A DNA stretch of 56,214 bases, the filler included, from Lentisphaeria bacterium (lineage in GTDB: Bacteria > Verrucomicrobiota > Lentisphaeria > JABSQK01 > JAWLHB01): NCBI GenBank assembly GCA_041690595.1. It is 10 parts of 10 records of this genome, joined end to end, with 100 filler letters (N's around TTAATTAATTAA, not from the genome) between each part and the next. Parts side by side here need not be neighbours in the genome. Positions count along the whole stretch, not along the records: positions 8,179 to 15,989 come from JAWLHB010000088.1; positions 16,090 to 23,826 come from JAWLHB010000089.1; 8 more parts are not named here. One strand, written 5' to 3'. The notes under the pieces are model-generated. The model saw nothing but the letters and a program-made list of their open reading frames with translations, searched no databases and had not been told where the DNA came from. Each line of letters starts with the position of its first letter. Within the stretch, counting starts at the first letter, position 1. A program made the position numbers and the translations under genes. Of this stretch, positions 8,402 through 18,520 are shown piece after piece.

Positions 8402-10645
8402 ATGATCGAACGCTACATGCATTGGCTCCATACCCAGTGGCCGGCTGGGCGGGTCGAGACGCTGCCGGAGGTGCGGCCCGACGGAACCACCAATGTACCG
8501 GGCGTCATCGTCGTTGGCGACCTGACCGGCATTCCCCTCCTCAAGTTCGCCGGCGACACCGGCACCCGAGCCGTCCAGCGCCTCGTTGCTGACTCCTCCT
8601 TCCAGACCAGCCTCCGCGACGGCGATTCCGCTATCCTCGACCTCGTCATCGTTGGTGCGGGTGTCAGCGGGATGGCCGCCGCCCTGGAGGCACGCAACCA
8701 CGACCTGCGTTTTGTCATCTGCGAAGCCAGCCAACCTTTCTCCACCATCGTCAACTTCCCGCGCGCCAAACCAATTTTTGCCTATCCGACCGACATGACC
8801 CCCGCCGGCGATCTTCAGTTCAAGGCGGACCGCAAGGAGCCCCTCCTCGAGGAGCTTCGCGCCCAGACAGCCGGCCCCGAGCTCCAGCCACGCCAGGTGC
8901 GCGTCGAGCGCATCGAACGCCAGGGCAAGCACCTCCGCGTCCATCTGGAAGGCGCCGAACCCCTTGAAGCGCGCCGCGTCATCGTCGCCATCGGCAAGAG
9001 CGGCAATCACCGCCGGCTCAACGTTCCCGGCGAAGAACGCGAGAAGGTCTACAATACTCTCTACGACCCCAACGACTACCGCGGACGAAAGGTCCTCGTT
9101 GTCGGCGGCGGCGACAGCGCCGTCGAGACCGCCATCGCCATCGCCGAGTGCGGGGGCGACGTCACCCTCTCCTATCGGCAGTCCACCTTTTCCCGCCCCA
9201 AAGCCGCAAACCTGGCGAAACTCGACGTGCTTGTTCAGAATTCAGCCCCATCAGCAGGCGACGGACGCCTACGCCTGGCCATGCAGACCGGCCTCAAGGA
9301 GATCCATGAGGAGACGGTCGTCCTTCTCGACGCAAAGGGTAGTGAGTACTCACTTACCAATGACATCGTCTTCACGATGATCGGTCGCGAGCCTCCCCTC
9401 GACTTTTTTCATCGCAGCGGCATTCGCGTCGCCGGTGAGAAGAGTCCGCGCTTCTGGATCGGCATGGCGCTCATCCTCGCTGTCTTCACCGGCATCTATC
9501 TCTGGAAGGGATACACCTGGGGACCATGGGCCGTGCAGGGCATCTTCGACCGGCTCGGCGGCACGATCGCTGCCTGGGCCGCGGACCCCACTACCCTCCT
9601 TGGTACGATCAACCAGAGCATGACAGATCCGGGCTTCTACTACACCTGCCTCTATTCGCTGCTCATCCTCGTCTTCGGCATCCGCCGGATCCGCCGTCGC
9701 CGCACGCCCTACATCTCCCTGCAGACCTGGACACTCATCCTTATCCAGATCCTCCCTCTCTTTCTGCTCCCGTACATCCTCTTCCCGTGGATCGGCGCTA
9801 ATGGCGCCTTCGATGCGGGCTTCGGCAAATGGTTTGCCGACACCTTCATGCCTGATGAGAGCTACTGGCGCGCCTTCGGTTTCATCCTCGCCTGGCCACT
9901 CTTCGTCTATAACATTTTCACCGCCGAACCTCTCATCGGGTGGCTTGTCCTCGGGGCCATCCAGACCTTTGTCCTGATCCCCGCCATGATCTACTTTTGG
10001 GGCAAGGGCGCTTACTGCGGCTGGATCTGCTCCTGTGGCGCCATGGCCGAAACCCTCGGCGACACCCATCGCCACAAGATGCCACACGGACCATTCTGGA
10101 ATCGTCTCAACATGGCCGGCCAGGCACTTCTGCTCCTCGCCTTCCTCCTCCTCGCCTGGCGCCTCCTCGGCTGGCTGCTCCCCGCCGGAAATCCCGTCGC
10201 GGCCACCTTCCAGCCCTTCGCCATCGCCACCGGCTGGAAACCCGTCGTCGACATCCTGCTTGCCGGCATTCTGGGCTTCGGCCTCTACTTCCACTTCAGC
10301 GGCCGTGTCTGGTGCCGCTTCTTCTGCCCCCTCGCCGCCCTGATGCATATCTATACCCGCTTCAGCCGCTTCCGCATCTTCGCCGACAAGAAGAAGTGTA
10401 TCTCCTGCAACCAGTGCACCGCCGTCTGCCACCAGGGAATCGACGTGATGAGCTTCGCCAACCGGGGCGCCCCCATGAACGATCCGCAGTGCGTACGCTG
10501 CTCCGCCTGCGTCCACGTCTGCCCAACCGCCGTTCTGGCCTTTGGCCAGATCGATCCTCGCACCGGCCGCGAACGCTCCCGCGAACGCTTCCCCGCGTCA
10601 CCCGTACGCATGCGTGAATCCAAACCCCCGGCTGATGATGCGTGA
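8402..10645 (+). CDS. FAD/NAD(P)-dependent oxidoreductase (TrxB-like) fused to a membrane 4Fe-4S (NapH-like) domain
   Basis: GAGVSG and GGGDSA Rossmann motifs, several TM helices, CGWICSCG, CRFFCP and two CxxCxxCxxxC ferredoxin motifs. Confidence 0.85.
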   Translation: MIERYMHWLHTQWPAGRVETLPEVRPDGTTNVPGVIVVGDLTGIPLLKFAGDTGTRAVQRLVADSSFQTSLRDGDSAILDLVIVGAGVSGMAAALEARNHDLRFVICEASQPFSTIVNFPRAKPIFAYPTDMTPAGDLQFKADRKEPLLEELRAQTAGPELQPRQVRVERIERQGKHLRVHLEGAEPLEARRVIVAIGKSGNHRRLNVPGEEREKVYNTLYDPNDYRGRKVLVVGGGDSAVETAIAIAECGGDVTLSYRQSTFSRPKAANLAKLDVLVQNSAPSAGDGRLRLAMQTGLKEIHEETVVLLDAKGSEYSLTNDIVFTMIGREPPLDFFHRSGIRVAGEKSPRFWIGMALILAVFTGIYLWKGYTWGPWAVQGIFDRLGGTIAAWAADPTTLLGTINQSMTDPGFYYTCLYSLLILVFGIRRIRRRRTPYISLQTWTLILIQILPLFLLPYILFPWIGANGAFDAGFGKWFADTFMPDESYWRAFGFILAWPLFVYNIFTAEPLIGWLVLGAIQTFVLIPAMIYFWGKGAYCGWICSCGAMAETLGDTHRHKMPHGPFWNRLNMAGQALLLLAFLLLAWRLLGWLLPAGNPVAATFQPFAIATGWKPVVDILLAGILGFGLYFHFSGRVWCRFFCPLAALMHIYTRFSRFRIFADKKKCISCNQCTAVCHQGIDVMSFANRGAPMNDPQCVRCSACVHVCPTAVLAFGQIDPRTGRERSRERFPASPVRMRESKPPADDA

Positions 10646-12146
10646 TATCGTCTGGATCCCGATTGCCGCACTTTATGCCGTCGCCCTGGCCGGCTTGATG
10701 GTCTACGGCCTCCACTGTTACCTCATGATCGCCCTCTTCCTGCTGCGGCAGCGGCGGCAGCGCGCCGCCAACCACCGTGAAGTTGAGGACTACCTGCGCG
10801 ATCGGCCTCCCTCGGACTTTCCCCATGTCACCATTCAGCTCCCCATCTACAATGAGCGCGAAGTCGTCGAGCGCCTGATCCACAGCGTCGCCGCCATCGA
10901 CTACCCCCGCGATCGCCTCCTCGTACAGCTCCTCGACGACAGCACCGATGACTCGCGCGACCTCGTCGAGCGCACCGCCCGCGCCGCCCAGGAACACTCC
11001 GGCATCCCCTTCCAGGTCATCCGCCGCGACCATCGCCATCACTTCAAAGCCGGTGCCCTCGCTCACGGCATGACCCTCACCGACAGCGACTTCATCGCCA
11101 TCTTCGACGCTGACTTCGTCATTCCCACCCACTTCCTCAAACGCGCCATCGCCCTCCTTGAACCTGACCCTATCCTTGGCTGCGTGCAGGCCCGATGGGG
11201 CCACCTCAACCGTCTCGAGAACTGGCTGACCCGCGCCCAGAGTGTCGGCATCGACGGTCATTTCATGGCCGAGCAGGGCGCCCGGAGCTACCACCGCCTC
11301 TGCCTCAATTTCAACGGCACCGCCGGCATCTGGCGACGCGCCGCCATCGACGCCGCCGGCGGCTGGCAGGGCGATACCCTCACCGAAGATCTCGACCTCT
11401 CCTACCGCGCCCAGCTCGCCGGCTACCACCTGCGCTACGACATCGATCTGGAATGCCCGGCCGAGATCCCCAACACCATCGGCGCCTTCAAAAGCCAGCA
11501 GCGCCGCTGGGCCAAAGGCTCCATCCAGACCGCCGTCAAGCTCCTCCCCTCCATTCTCCGCACCAGGCGGCTGAGCCTCTATCAGAAGCTCGAGGCTGCC
11601 CTGCATCTTACCCACTACCTGGTTTCCCTCTTCATGTGCACCCTCTGCATCCTCACCCTGCCCATGCTCCTGTGGACGCCACTGCCAGCCAGGAACCTGT
11701 TGCTGGGCATCCTCTGGGGACTGATCGTCATCAGCGCCATTGCCCCGTGGGTCATGTACACCGGCAGTGGCATCATCCTGCGCCGCGGCCTCTTCTCCTT
11801 CCTCCATTTTCCTGCCATGCTCGTCGTCGGCACCGGCGTCTGCCTCAACAATGCCCACGCCGTCATCGACGGCCTCCTCGGCCGTCCAGGCGATTTTGTC
11901 CGCACGCCAAAGAGCGGCAGCATGGCCGGTGGCCGTCGCCGCACCTCTTACGTCGTCCCCGTCAATCTCTGGCTCGGCCTGGTGGAGCTGCTCCTCGGCC
12001 TCTATTGCTGGTACACGCTGGGCGTCTACCTCGATGCTCAGAAGTACCTCTTCGGCTTCTTCCTGGCAGCCTATGCCTGCGGCTTTAGCGCCTTTGGTCT
12101 GGCCACGCTGTTCCCCGCTCGCCGGCCGGCGCCAATTCATCCATGA
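10635..12146 (+). CDS. GT2 processive glycosyltransferase (cellulose synthase-like)
   Basis: QLPIYNE, DDS, KAGAL, DAD, TED and QQRRW motifs plus TM helices. Confidence 0.92.
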   Translation: MMRDIVWIPIAALYAVALAGLMVYGLHCYLMIALFLLRQRRQRAANHREVEDYLRDRPPSDFPHVTIQLPIYNEREVVERLIHSVAAIDYPRDRLLVQLLDDSTDDSRDLVERTARAAQEHSGIPFQVIRRDHRHHFKAGALAHGMTLTDSDFIAIFDADFVIPTHFLKRAIALLEPDPILGCVQARWGHLNRLENWLTRAQSVGIDGHFMAEQGARSYHRLCLNFNGTAGIWRRAAIDAAGGWQGDTLTEDLDLSYRAQLAGYHLRYDIDLECPAEIPNTIGAFKSQQRRWAKGSIQTAVKLLPSILRTRRLSLYQKLEAALHLTHYLVSLFMCTLCILTLPMLLWTPLPARNLLLGILWGLIVISAIAPWVMYTGSGIILRRGLFSFLHFPAMLVVGTGVCLNNAHAVIDGLLGRPGDFVRTPKSGSMAGGRRRTSYVVPVNLWLGLVELLLGLYCWYTLGVYLDAQKYLFGFFLAAYACGFSAFGLATLFPARRPAPIHP

Positions 12147-12227
12147 AATCCACCATAATCGCTATTTGCACCGCCGTTACCTGTGCTACCTTCCCCTCAA
12201 CCAAACACTCTGCGGAGGGTTCCTGCC

Positions 12228-13298
12228 ATGGCAACCGATCGCGAAGACTATCTCGCCACCACATCCCACCAGCGGCCCAGCCGCATCCTCTATTATGCCA
12301 ACTTCGTGCAGGATCTGCGCCAGCGGCTTGTCCAGCATCTGGGCACCGAGCAGATCCACGAACACTACGGCATGATGCAGCAAACCTATATCCAGCTTCG
12401 CAAGCCCGACCACATCCCCGAGATCGACTATAGTTCCTACCACAACCTCGACGAGCTGCCCAAGGGTACCACCATCAACGGCTACGGCGTCGCCGTCGTC
12501 CCCAGCGGCTTCTATCATTTCTTCGGCTACGTCTCTCCCCTCCGAAACGCTACCTCCCTCGACCAGATCGAGAACTATCCCCTTCACGATTATGCCACCT
12601 TCGACGACAGCCTCCTCCCCCAGCAGGTCGCCGAGGCGAGAAAGGCCGGTCACGTTGTCATCGGCGCCGTTGGACACATGTACGAAACCGCCTGGCAGAT
12701 CCGCGGCTACGAAGCCTTCCTCATGGACATGATCGATCGTCCCGCGTGGGCCGAATGCATGCTCGACAAGCTCTTCGAGCAGAACATGGTCAAGGCCACC
12801 GCCTTCGCCAAAGCCGGCGTCGATCAGCTCCACTGCGGCGACGACGTCGCCAGCCAGGGCGCGCTCATGTTCAGCAAGCCCATGTGGGAAAGATTCATGC
12901 TCTCCCGCTGGCGCAAAGTCTGGGCCCGTGCCCGGGAACTCCACCCCGACATTCGCATCTGGTACCATAGCGATGGCGACATTGCCCCCATCGTCCCCGA
13001 CCTCATCCGCGCCGGCGTCAATGTCCTCAACCCACTCCAGCCCGAATGCCTCGACATCGACGCCATCCACCGCGAGTTCGGCAAGGTCATCTCCCTTGAC
13101 GGCACCATGGGCACTCAGTCCACCATGCCCTTCGGCACCCCCGACGACGTGCGCGCCCGCGTCAAGCACGTCATCGACCGCTACGGCCGCAATGGCGGCC
13201 TCATTCTCTCACCCACCCACATACTCGAACCCGAAGTCCCCATCGCCAACATCGAAGCCATGGTTCAGGCCTGCCACGATTTCGGCACCTTCTCCTGA
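12228..13298 (+). CDS. Uroporphyrinogen decarboxylase/MtaA-CmuA family protein
   Basis: GDDV, YHSDG, LNPLQPE, FGTPDDV and GGLILSPTH motifs. Confidence 0.88.
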   Translation: MATDREDYLATTSHQRPSRILYYANFVQDLRQRLVQHLGTEQIHEHYGMMQQTYIQLRKPDHIPEIDYSSYHNLDELPKGTTINGYGVAVVPSGFYHFFGYVSPLRNATSLDQIENYPLHDYATFDDSLLPQQVAEARKAGHVVIGAVGHMYETAWQIRGYEAFLMDMIDRPAWAECMLDKLFEQNMVKATAFAKAGVDQLHCGDDVASQGALMFSKPMWERFMLSRWRKVWARARELHPDIRIWYHSDGDIAPIVPDLIRAGVNVLNPLQPECLDIDAIHREFGKVISLDGTMGTQSTMPFGTPDDVRARVKHVIDRYGRNGGLILSPTHILEPEVPIANIEAMVQACHDFGTFS

Positions 13299-13377
13299 CC
13301 CATCCCTCCCTCTGCGCGCCGCGACTTGTGCCGTTGCTCGCCAACGGCCCAGTCTTTGCCATTGCCCGCTTCCCTGC

Positions 13378-13847
13378 GTGCCCGCCGCCGAGGTCGCTCT
13401 CCAATACAAGCAGTTCTGGCGCGTCGAGACCCGCTTCCGTACCGCCAAGAGCCTGCTCGACACCCGCCCCATCTTCCATCGCTGCGACGACACCATCCGC
13501 GGCCACGTCTTCTGCTCCTTCCTTGCCCTTTTACTCCTCCACGAGCTCGACCAGTGTCTTCATGCCCAAGGCAGCCGTCTGCACGAATGGGGCGAACTCA
13601 AGCGCCAGCTCGAGACTCTTCAAACCCTCACCGTCGAACATGGAGGCAAGCGCTTTACCTTGCGCACCGACCCAGGGCCGCTCGCCGCCGCTGCCATCCG
13701 CGCCGCCGGCAGCCGCCTCGGCCCCGCCGTCACCCGGGATGCCTGATCCGCGCCGATGGTCCTCGAAAACGTAGTGACAACGTCCTATGACGTTTTCGTA
13801 AACCACTGTAAAGGCGGCACTAACGGAAAAGCACTGTCGAAGTCGGG
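13378..13847 (+). mobile_element. IS1634-family transposase 3' remnant with right end
   Basis: YKQFWRVE..FR..KS.L..RPIFH..D..IRGHVFCSFLA; the N-terminus is absent. Confidence 0.8.
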
Positions 13848-14109
13848 TCAAGAGGTCACAGAGAAAAACACAGGGCAGGATCCACTGGATTGACAGATGG
13901 ACGGGCGACAGGAGAAAGAGCTTGAAGGAGATGAAGAAGAAGAAGGGGGGCGAAGAGAGGAGGTGGCTTGGATGACCGTTCCGGATTTCCTTCACCACGA
14001 AGTACCTGGCGCAGCCGTGCAAAGACGCGGGTGCAATCGTAGAATCGTTATCATGCGATGGCTTCTTTGAGCGTGTTGGCAGTGACCGACGACGAAAGGC
14101 TGGCCGGGA

Positions 14110-14649
14110 TCACGGAAGGGGAAAAAAGAATTGGTCAGCACTCTCACCCCCATTTTCACCTTCCGAGCCAGTCTCTGGGCTAATCTTATGATATAACATA
14201 ATCCACTTCGCAATATTGACTTCCTGGCGGCGATGCAATAGCACGCTCTCGTCCCCACCATTAATCTTCAATTGAGTGCCAGAGGATAGCAGCTCATACT
14301 TGAGTTCAGCAGTTACTGGTTCCCCTCCATTGCCACCTATGGTCTGGCCAGGAAAAGGTAAGGTAAAGTATTCAACTTGCACGCTACTCTCACTAAGCTC
14401 GTATGTACCATAGCAGACTACAAGAACCTGGCTGGAAACAGGCTCCCAATCAGCATTAGTGTAAGTAACAAACGACCAAAATTCATTGTCACCCCTGAAG
14501 CTTAGGATCTGTACTGCAGGAGGCCCCCATTCTGTAATCGCTCGATGCTCCCAACAACCACGTAGACAATTGTCGCCCTTCGTTGTTGTTCGACAAGACA
14601 AACAGAGCACCAGAATAGATAGTGCAACAAATAACTTCGCTGAAGCCAT
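14110..14649 (-). CDS. Putative Rhs immunity lipoprotein
   Basis: Lipobox-like CLSC, lower GC, directly downstream of the Rhs toxin. Confidence 0.6.
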   Translation of the reverse strand: MASAKLFVALSILVLCLSCRTTTKGDNCLRGCWEHRAITEWGPPAVQILSFRGDNEFWSFVTYTNADWEPVSSQVLVVCYGTYELSESSVQVEYFTLPFPGQTIGGNGGEPVTAELKYELLSSGTQLKINGGDESVLLHRRQEVNIAKWIMLYHKISPETGSEGENGGESADQFFFPLP

Positions 14650-14669
14650 AATTCCAACCTATGCTGTCA

Positions 14670-15893
14670 TTAGGGTTGATGTGGTGTGTAATTGGGCATA
14701 GTAGCCAGCGGATCCGCTTCAGTCCGTGGTTTCTCCCTTCCATATCGCCACCACCTAGTATTCATGTGATCCACCGCTTCTTGCACTCCTTGATGCCTAC
14801 CCGGGAGCTCAAACGGGTCAATCTTAGAAAATTTCATTAGCAATCTTACAAACGTATTGCTGTTATTAAAGTTTGGATGTGTGCTAAACCCCATTCCATC
14901 CTCAACTATTCCTGTTCCGTACTCAGATCTGGGCCACATCGGAAAGCCATGGACTCTTTCTTGCTGCTCAGCGAATCTGTAGCCCCTGGCACGTCCAATG
15001 ATCTCATCCCACTTCTTCTTCACCTCATTCTCAGTCAAGGCAAAGAAAACTGGTGCGAATCGACTTCCTGAATCGGAGTAGTTAATTATTGCAACTCCGG
15101 CATTCACTGACTGCCAAATGTCCCCTTCATCTCCCTTCCTAGGACCATAGAACCATGACCGAAGACTGTAGACTATTTTACTCGCGTTGTCCACATTATT
15201 TAGTAGTTCCACTGATTCCAACTTGGCACAGTTCGGTCGTTTATTAAACTCATCTACCGAGTAGATCTGATGCCTTCTTATGTTCTTGTGATCAGGCGCC
15301 TTCCAATACTGCAGTGAATAGTGCCTGGCTGCGGCAAGATTCATAATTGAAAGGCCCTTTACGGGCCTATCAGAAATCGCGATAAAATCTCGGCCCAACT
15401 TATCTATTCTGTTAATCAAGTCTTGGCCACATACTCCGTACAGATTGGCTCCCCCAGATTCTTCAATGCTATCTCTGGATAGCCATCTATTGTCGCCGTA
15501 AAGATATCTGTAGCCAAAGTACAACAGAGGCAAACCATCTTCATATTTTGTACTGAACCCAAAACCAGAATAAGTAACGTAAACGTTATGCTTCCTTGTG
15601 AGGCCAAACGGCTTGTAGACATAATCTGAACGTACCGACGAAGATGTAGTGATGGTCATACACACATGTCCTGCACCATCGAACACCGGTATCATAACGC
15701 CGTTTGGTTCATGATCAAACAGCAGTCCACCAATATTCCCGGCTACTTCGAAGCGATCATGGAGGTCAAGCCCCCACGTATAGAAATGGGCGGCCTGACG
15801 CATGGAACTGGGGATTACGATTCGCTGATATGTCGACTCTATATCAGCCAGCAGATTCCAGCCATCGTAGATGAAGCAGATGCTCTTGGTCAC
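14670..15893 (-). CDS. Orphan Rhs core C-terminal segment plus toxin domain
   Basis: YDGWNL, YTWGLD, FGFSTKY.D, YFGYRY and RWLSRD.IEESGG.NLY...DKLG motifs; AT-rich relative to its flanks. Confidence 0.85.
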   Translation of the reverse strand: MTKSICFIYDGWNLLADIESTYQRIVIPSSMRQAAHFYTWGLDLHDRFEVAGNIGGLLFDHEPNGVMIPVFDGAGHVCMTITTSSSVRSDYVYKPFGLTRKHNVYVTYSGFGFSTKYEDGLPLLYFGYRYLYGDNRWLSRDSIEESGGANLYGVCGQDLINRIDKLGRDFIAISDRPVKGLSIMNLAAARHYSLQYWKAPDHKNIRRHQIYSVDEFNKRPNCAKLESVELLNNVDNASKIVYSLRSWFYGPRKGDEGDIWQSVNAGVAIINYSDSGSRFAPVFFALTENEVKKKWDEIIGRARGYRFAEQQERVHGFPMWPRSEYGTGIVEDGMGFSTHPNFNNSNTFVRLLMKFSKIDPFELPGRHQGVQEAVDHMNTRWWRYGREKPRTEADPLATMPNYTPHQP

Positions 15894-16089
15894 CAGACCT
15901 CAGTGGGATAGGCTCAGGCGTCTGTAAAGTTGGTCGCCCGGATTTCGATGGCTTGCTCATGGGCGCTGGGGGCCGGAGGTGAGGCCGAGNNNNNNNNNNN
16001 NNNNNNNNNNNNNNNNNNNNNNNNNNNNNNNNNTTAATTAATTAANNNNNNNNNNNNNNNNNNNNNNNNNNNNNNNNNNNNNNNNNNNN

Positions 16090-16186
16090 GCTCATCCTCA
16101 TGATCTCCTGTAGGGGGTTCAAGTCACAGGAGATACTGTGCGCACGAGCAAGCGAATATTCACCATGGGGTATTTTTGACGCTTAC
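16090..16186 (-). mobile_element. IS66-family left end
   Basis: Minus strand begins GTAAGCGTCAAAAATACCCCAT (IS66-type GTAAGCG terminus), then an RBS and ATG running off the contig. Confidence 0.65.
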
Positions 16187-16541
16187 GATGTGCGATATCC
16201 TGGCGCGGCTGGAGTTTGCGCGGCAGAGCGCGAATCCGGTGCTGCAGGAGCTTGCCAGGTGTGCTTTCAGCGCCTATGGCGGAACGCCGGAGGAGCGGCC
16301 GGAGCTGTACCAGGCGCGATCCGTTCTTGCTCACACGGATAGGCTGACGATGCCGGTCATCCTCAGCTTGGGAGAATGCGACACGTTGATTCCGGTGGTG
16401 GAGACACGCAGGATTGCCGATGCCATGCGTAACAGGCGCAACTTCACGTATATCGAGATCAGCGGGGGGAATCACGATTCGGCGCTGTGGACCGATGTTG
16501 ACCTGGAGAAGGTACAGGTGCGTGAGCCGGCCACGATGTAA
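16187..16541 (+). pseudogene. 3' part of an alpha/beta hydrolase (S9-like), truncated by IS66
   Basis: G..D.LIPV and GGNHD (Asp/His triad region) are present; the nucleophile region is missing. Confidence 0.6.
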
Positions 16542-16576
16542 GGGGCAGGTGTTGGCGACCACATGCCCGGTGATCG

Positions 16577-17713
16577 TCAACTGTCTTCCGGTTCGGCGAG
16601 GGGGAGATCGATGATGAAGGTACTGCCCTGGCCGGGGCCGGGGCTGACGGCCTGCACGTCGCCTCCCTGCTGGGCGATCAGGGTCTTGACGATGGAGAGC
16701 CCGAGGCCGGTGGAGACTTCGCCGCCGGTGGGGCGGGCGCTGAGCTTCTGGAAGCGACCAAAGACTTTGCGCTTGTCGTTGTCGGTCAGGCCGGGGCCTT
16801 CGTCCCGTACGGCGAAACGCACCTGGCGCAGTGAGGGAACATGGCGCGAAAGGGTGATCCAGACGTTGGCGCCGATAGGGGAATACTTGATGGCGTTGTT
16901 GATCAGGTTGTCGAAGGCTTCGCGAACCGCTCGCCGGTCAACCATTGCGATGCAGTGCTCCTGTGGCTCATAACAAAGTCGAATCTGCTTGTGGGTTGCG
17001 TGAGGATGATTGAGCTGCATGAGGTCGTCGATGAGGTGGTCGAGATCGCAGTACTCGGGATGAAGCTCGACCCTTCCAGAGTCAATGCTTTCGCTCTCGA
17101 GCAGGTCGTGAATGAGACGGAACATGTGGTTGGCGGTGCGCTCGACGGTTTCGAGCATGTTCATGGTTTGTCCATCATCGCGTGTGAGGGTGGCGCCTTC
17201 CTCGAGTTCGATGCGCATCAGTTCGGTGAAGCCGACAATGCTGTTGAGCGGATTCTTGAGGTCGTGAGCGGCCATTGCGATGAACTCGCTCTTCTGTTGA
17301 TTGAGTTCGCGCAGGTGGCGCCAGGCGTGAGTCAGTTCGATATGGGTGCGTACGCGTGCCAGGAGTTCGCGATGGCGAAAAGGCTTGGTGACAAAGTCGA
17401 CGCCGCCGGCCTCGAAGCCTTCTGTGATATCGGCTTCTTCCGATTTGGCGGTGAGAAAGATGACGGGGATGTCGCGCGTGGCGGCATTCTTTTTGAGTCG
17501 CCGGCAGGTCGTGTAGCCATCGATCTCGGGCATCATGACGTCGAGCAGGATGAGGTCTGGCTGCTGGGATTCGGCGAGGCTCAAGGCGCGCTGGCCGTCT
17601 CGGGCAACAAGGATCGAATATCCCTCTTCGCCAAGAGCCGCACTGGCTGCCTGCAAATTGATTGGCTGGTCGTCGACCAGTAGAACGCACCATCGCTCGG
17701 CCATTGGCATCAT
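16577..17713 (-). CDS. Hybrid response regulator-histidine kinase
   Basis: REC domain (LVDD, DVMMP, KPF), H-box AHDLKNPL, N-box and G-boxes. Confidence 0.95.
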   Translation of the reverse strand: MMPMAERWCVLLVDDQPINLQAASAALGEEGYSILVARDGQRALSLAESQQPDLILLDVMMPEIDGYTTCRRLKKNAATRDIPVIFLTAKSEEADITEGFEAGGVDFVTKPFRHRELLARVRTHIELTHAWRHLRELNQQKSEFIAMAAHDLKNPLNSIVGFTELMRIELEEGATLTRDDGQTMNMLETVERTANHMFRLIHDLLESESIDSGRVELHPEYCDLDHLIDDLMQLNHPHATHKQIRLCYEPQEHCIAMVDRRAVREAFDNLINNAIKYSPIGANVWITLSRHVPSLRQVRFAVRDEGPGLTDNDKRKVFGRFQKLSARPTGGEVSTGLGLSIVKTLIAQQGGDVQAVSPGPGQGSTFIIDLPLAEPEDS

Positions 17714-17867
17714 CTCCCGAGGTTGCCGATTTTGCACTACAGGTAGCGCATCGAAAGCAGTCGTCAACCGGAAGATCCAGATTAAGAAGTTGCCGACGAT
17801 TTGTGTCGAAGGGAGAATTGGTCCTATTATAGAGTTAACGGGAACTCACCAGAAGGTGGCTTATTCC

Positions 17868-18518
17868 ATGACTTCATTTACAACCAGGATGCATGGCGAC
17901 GAGATGTCCATGTGGGAACACGCCTATGCGCATCCGTTCATCGTTCAGCTGGGCAACGGGAGCCTCTCGCGATCTGCTTTTGAACGATTTCTGTCACAGG
18001 ACTTTGCCTATCTGGAGGCGTTGGTGCGGATAGCCGGCAGCGGAATCGGGAAAGCGCCGGCAGTTCCCGATGTCTACCCGCTGGTGCAGCTTCTGGCGGC
18101 GTTGGTGCGCGAGGAGCATACGTACTATGCCCAAGCGTTCGAGGAGTTCGGTGTGCCGCCAGAGGTCTACTGCTACCCGCAGCTTCTGCCTCCCATGCGC
18201 GCTTTCACCACTTTCATTCAACGCATAACCGAGGGGGGGCAGTTCGATGAGATCTGTACGCTGCTCCTGGCGCTGCAGTGGTTCGACTACGATTGGGCGT
18301 GCCACCTGGTGACGCGTGGCAGCCTGCCCGAGGACAAACCCCTCTATGTCCGCTACATAAAGCTTCATGCGAATCCCGCCAAGGGAGACACGGTTCTGGA
18401 ACTGCGCGACCAGATCGACTCCGTGATCGACAGCCGTCAGGCGCAATGCAGCCTGGTCTTTCATCAGGCGCTGGAGCATCGTGTGCTGGCACTTGAAAGT
18501 GCGTTGCGCTCGGATTGA
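17868..18518 (+). CDS. TenA/PqqC heme-oxygenase-like family protein (TenA_E-like)
   Basis: HPF...L..GSL...F..FL.QDF.Y motif; no catalytic Cys in the PC position. Confidence 0.8.
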   Translation: MTSFTTRMHGDEMSMWEHAYAHPFIVQLGNGSLSRSAFERFLSQDFAYLEALVRIAGSGIGKAPAVPDVYPLVQLLAALVREEHTYYAQAFEEFGVPPEVYCYPQLLPPMRAFTTFIQRITEGGQFDEICTLLLALQWFDYDWACHLVTRGSLPEDKPLYVRYIKLHANPAKGDTVLELRDQIDSVIDSRQAQCSLVFHQALEHRVLALESALRSD

Positions 18519-18520
18519 TC

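Noticed and set aside
129..13169. Long antisense or alternate-frame ORFs (e.g. 129-1013, 9350-10516, 10362-12140, 12186-13169)
   Set aside because: They are shadows of real genes in high-GC DNA and carry no family motifs.
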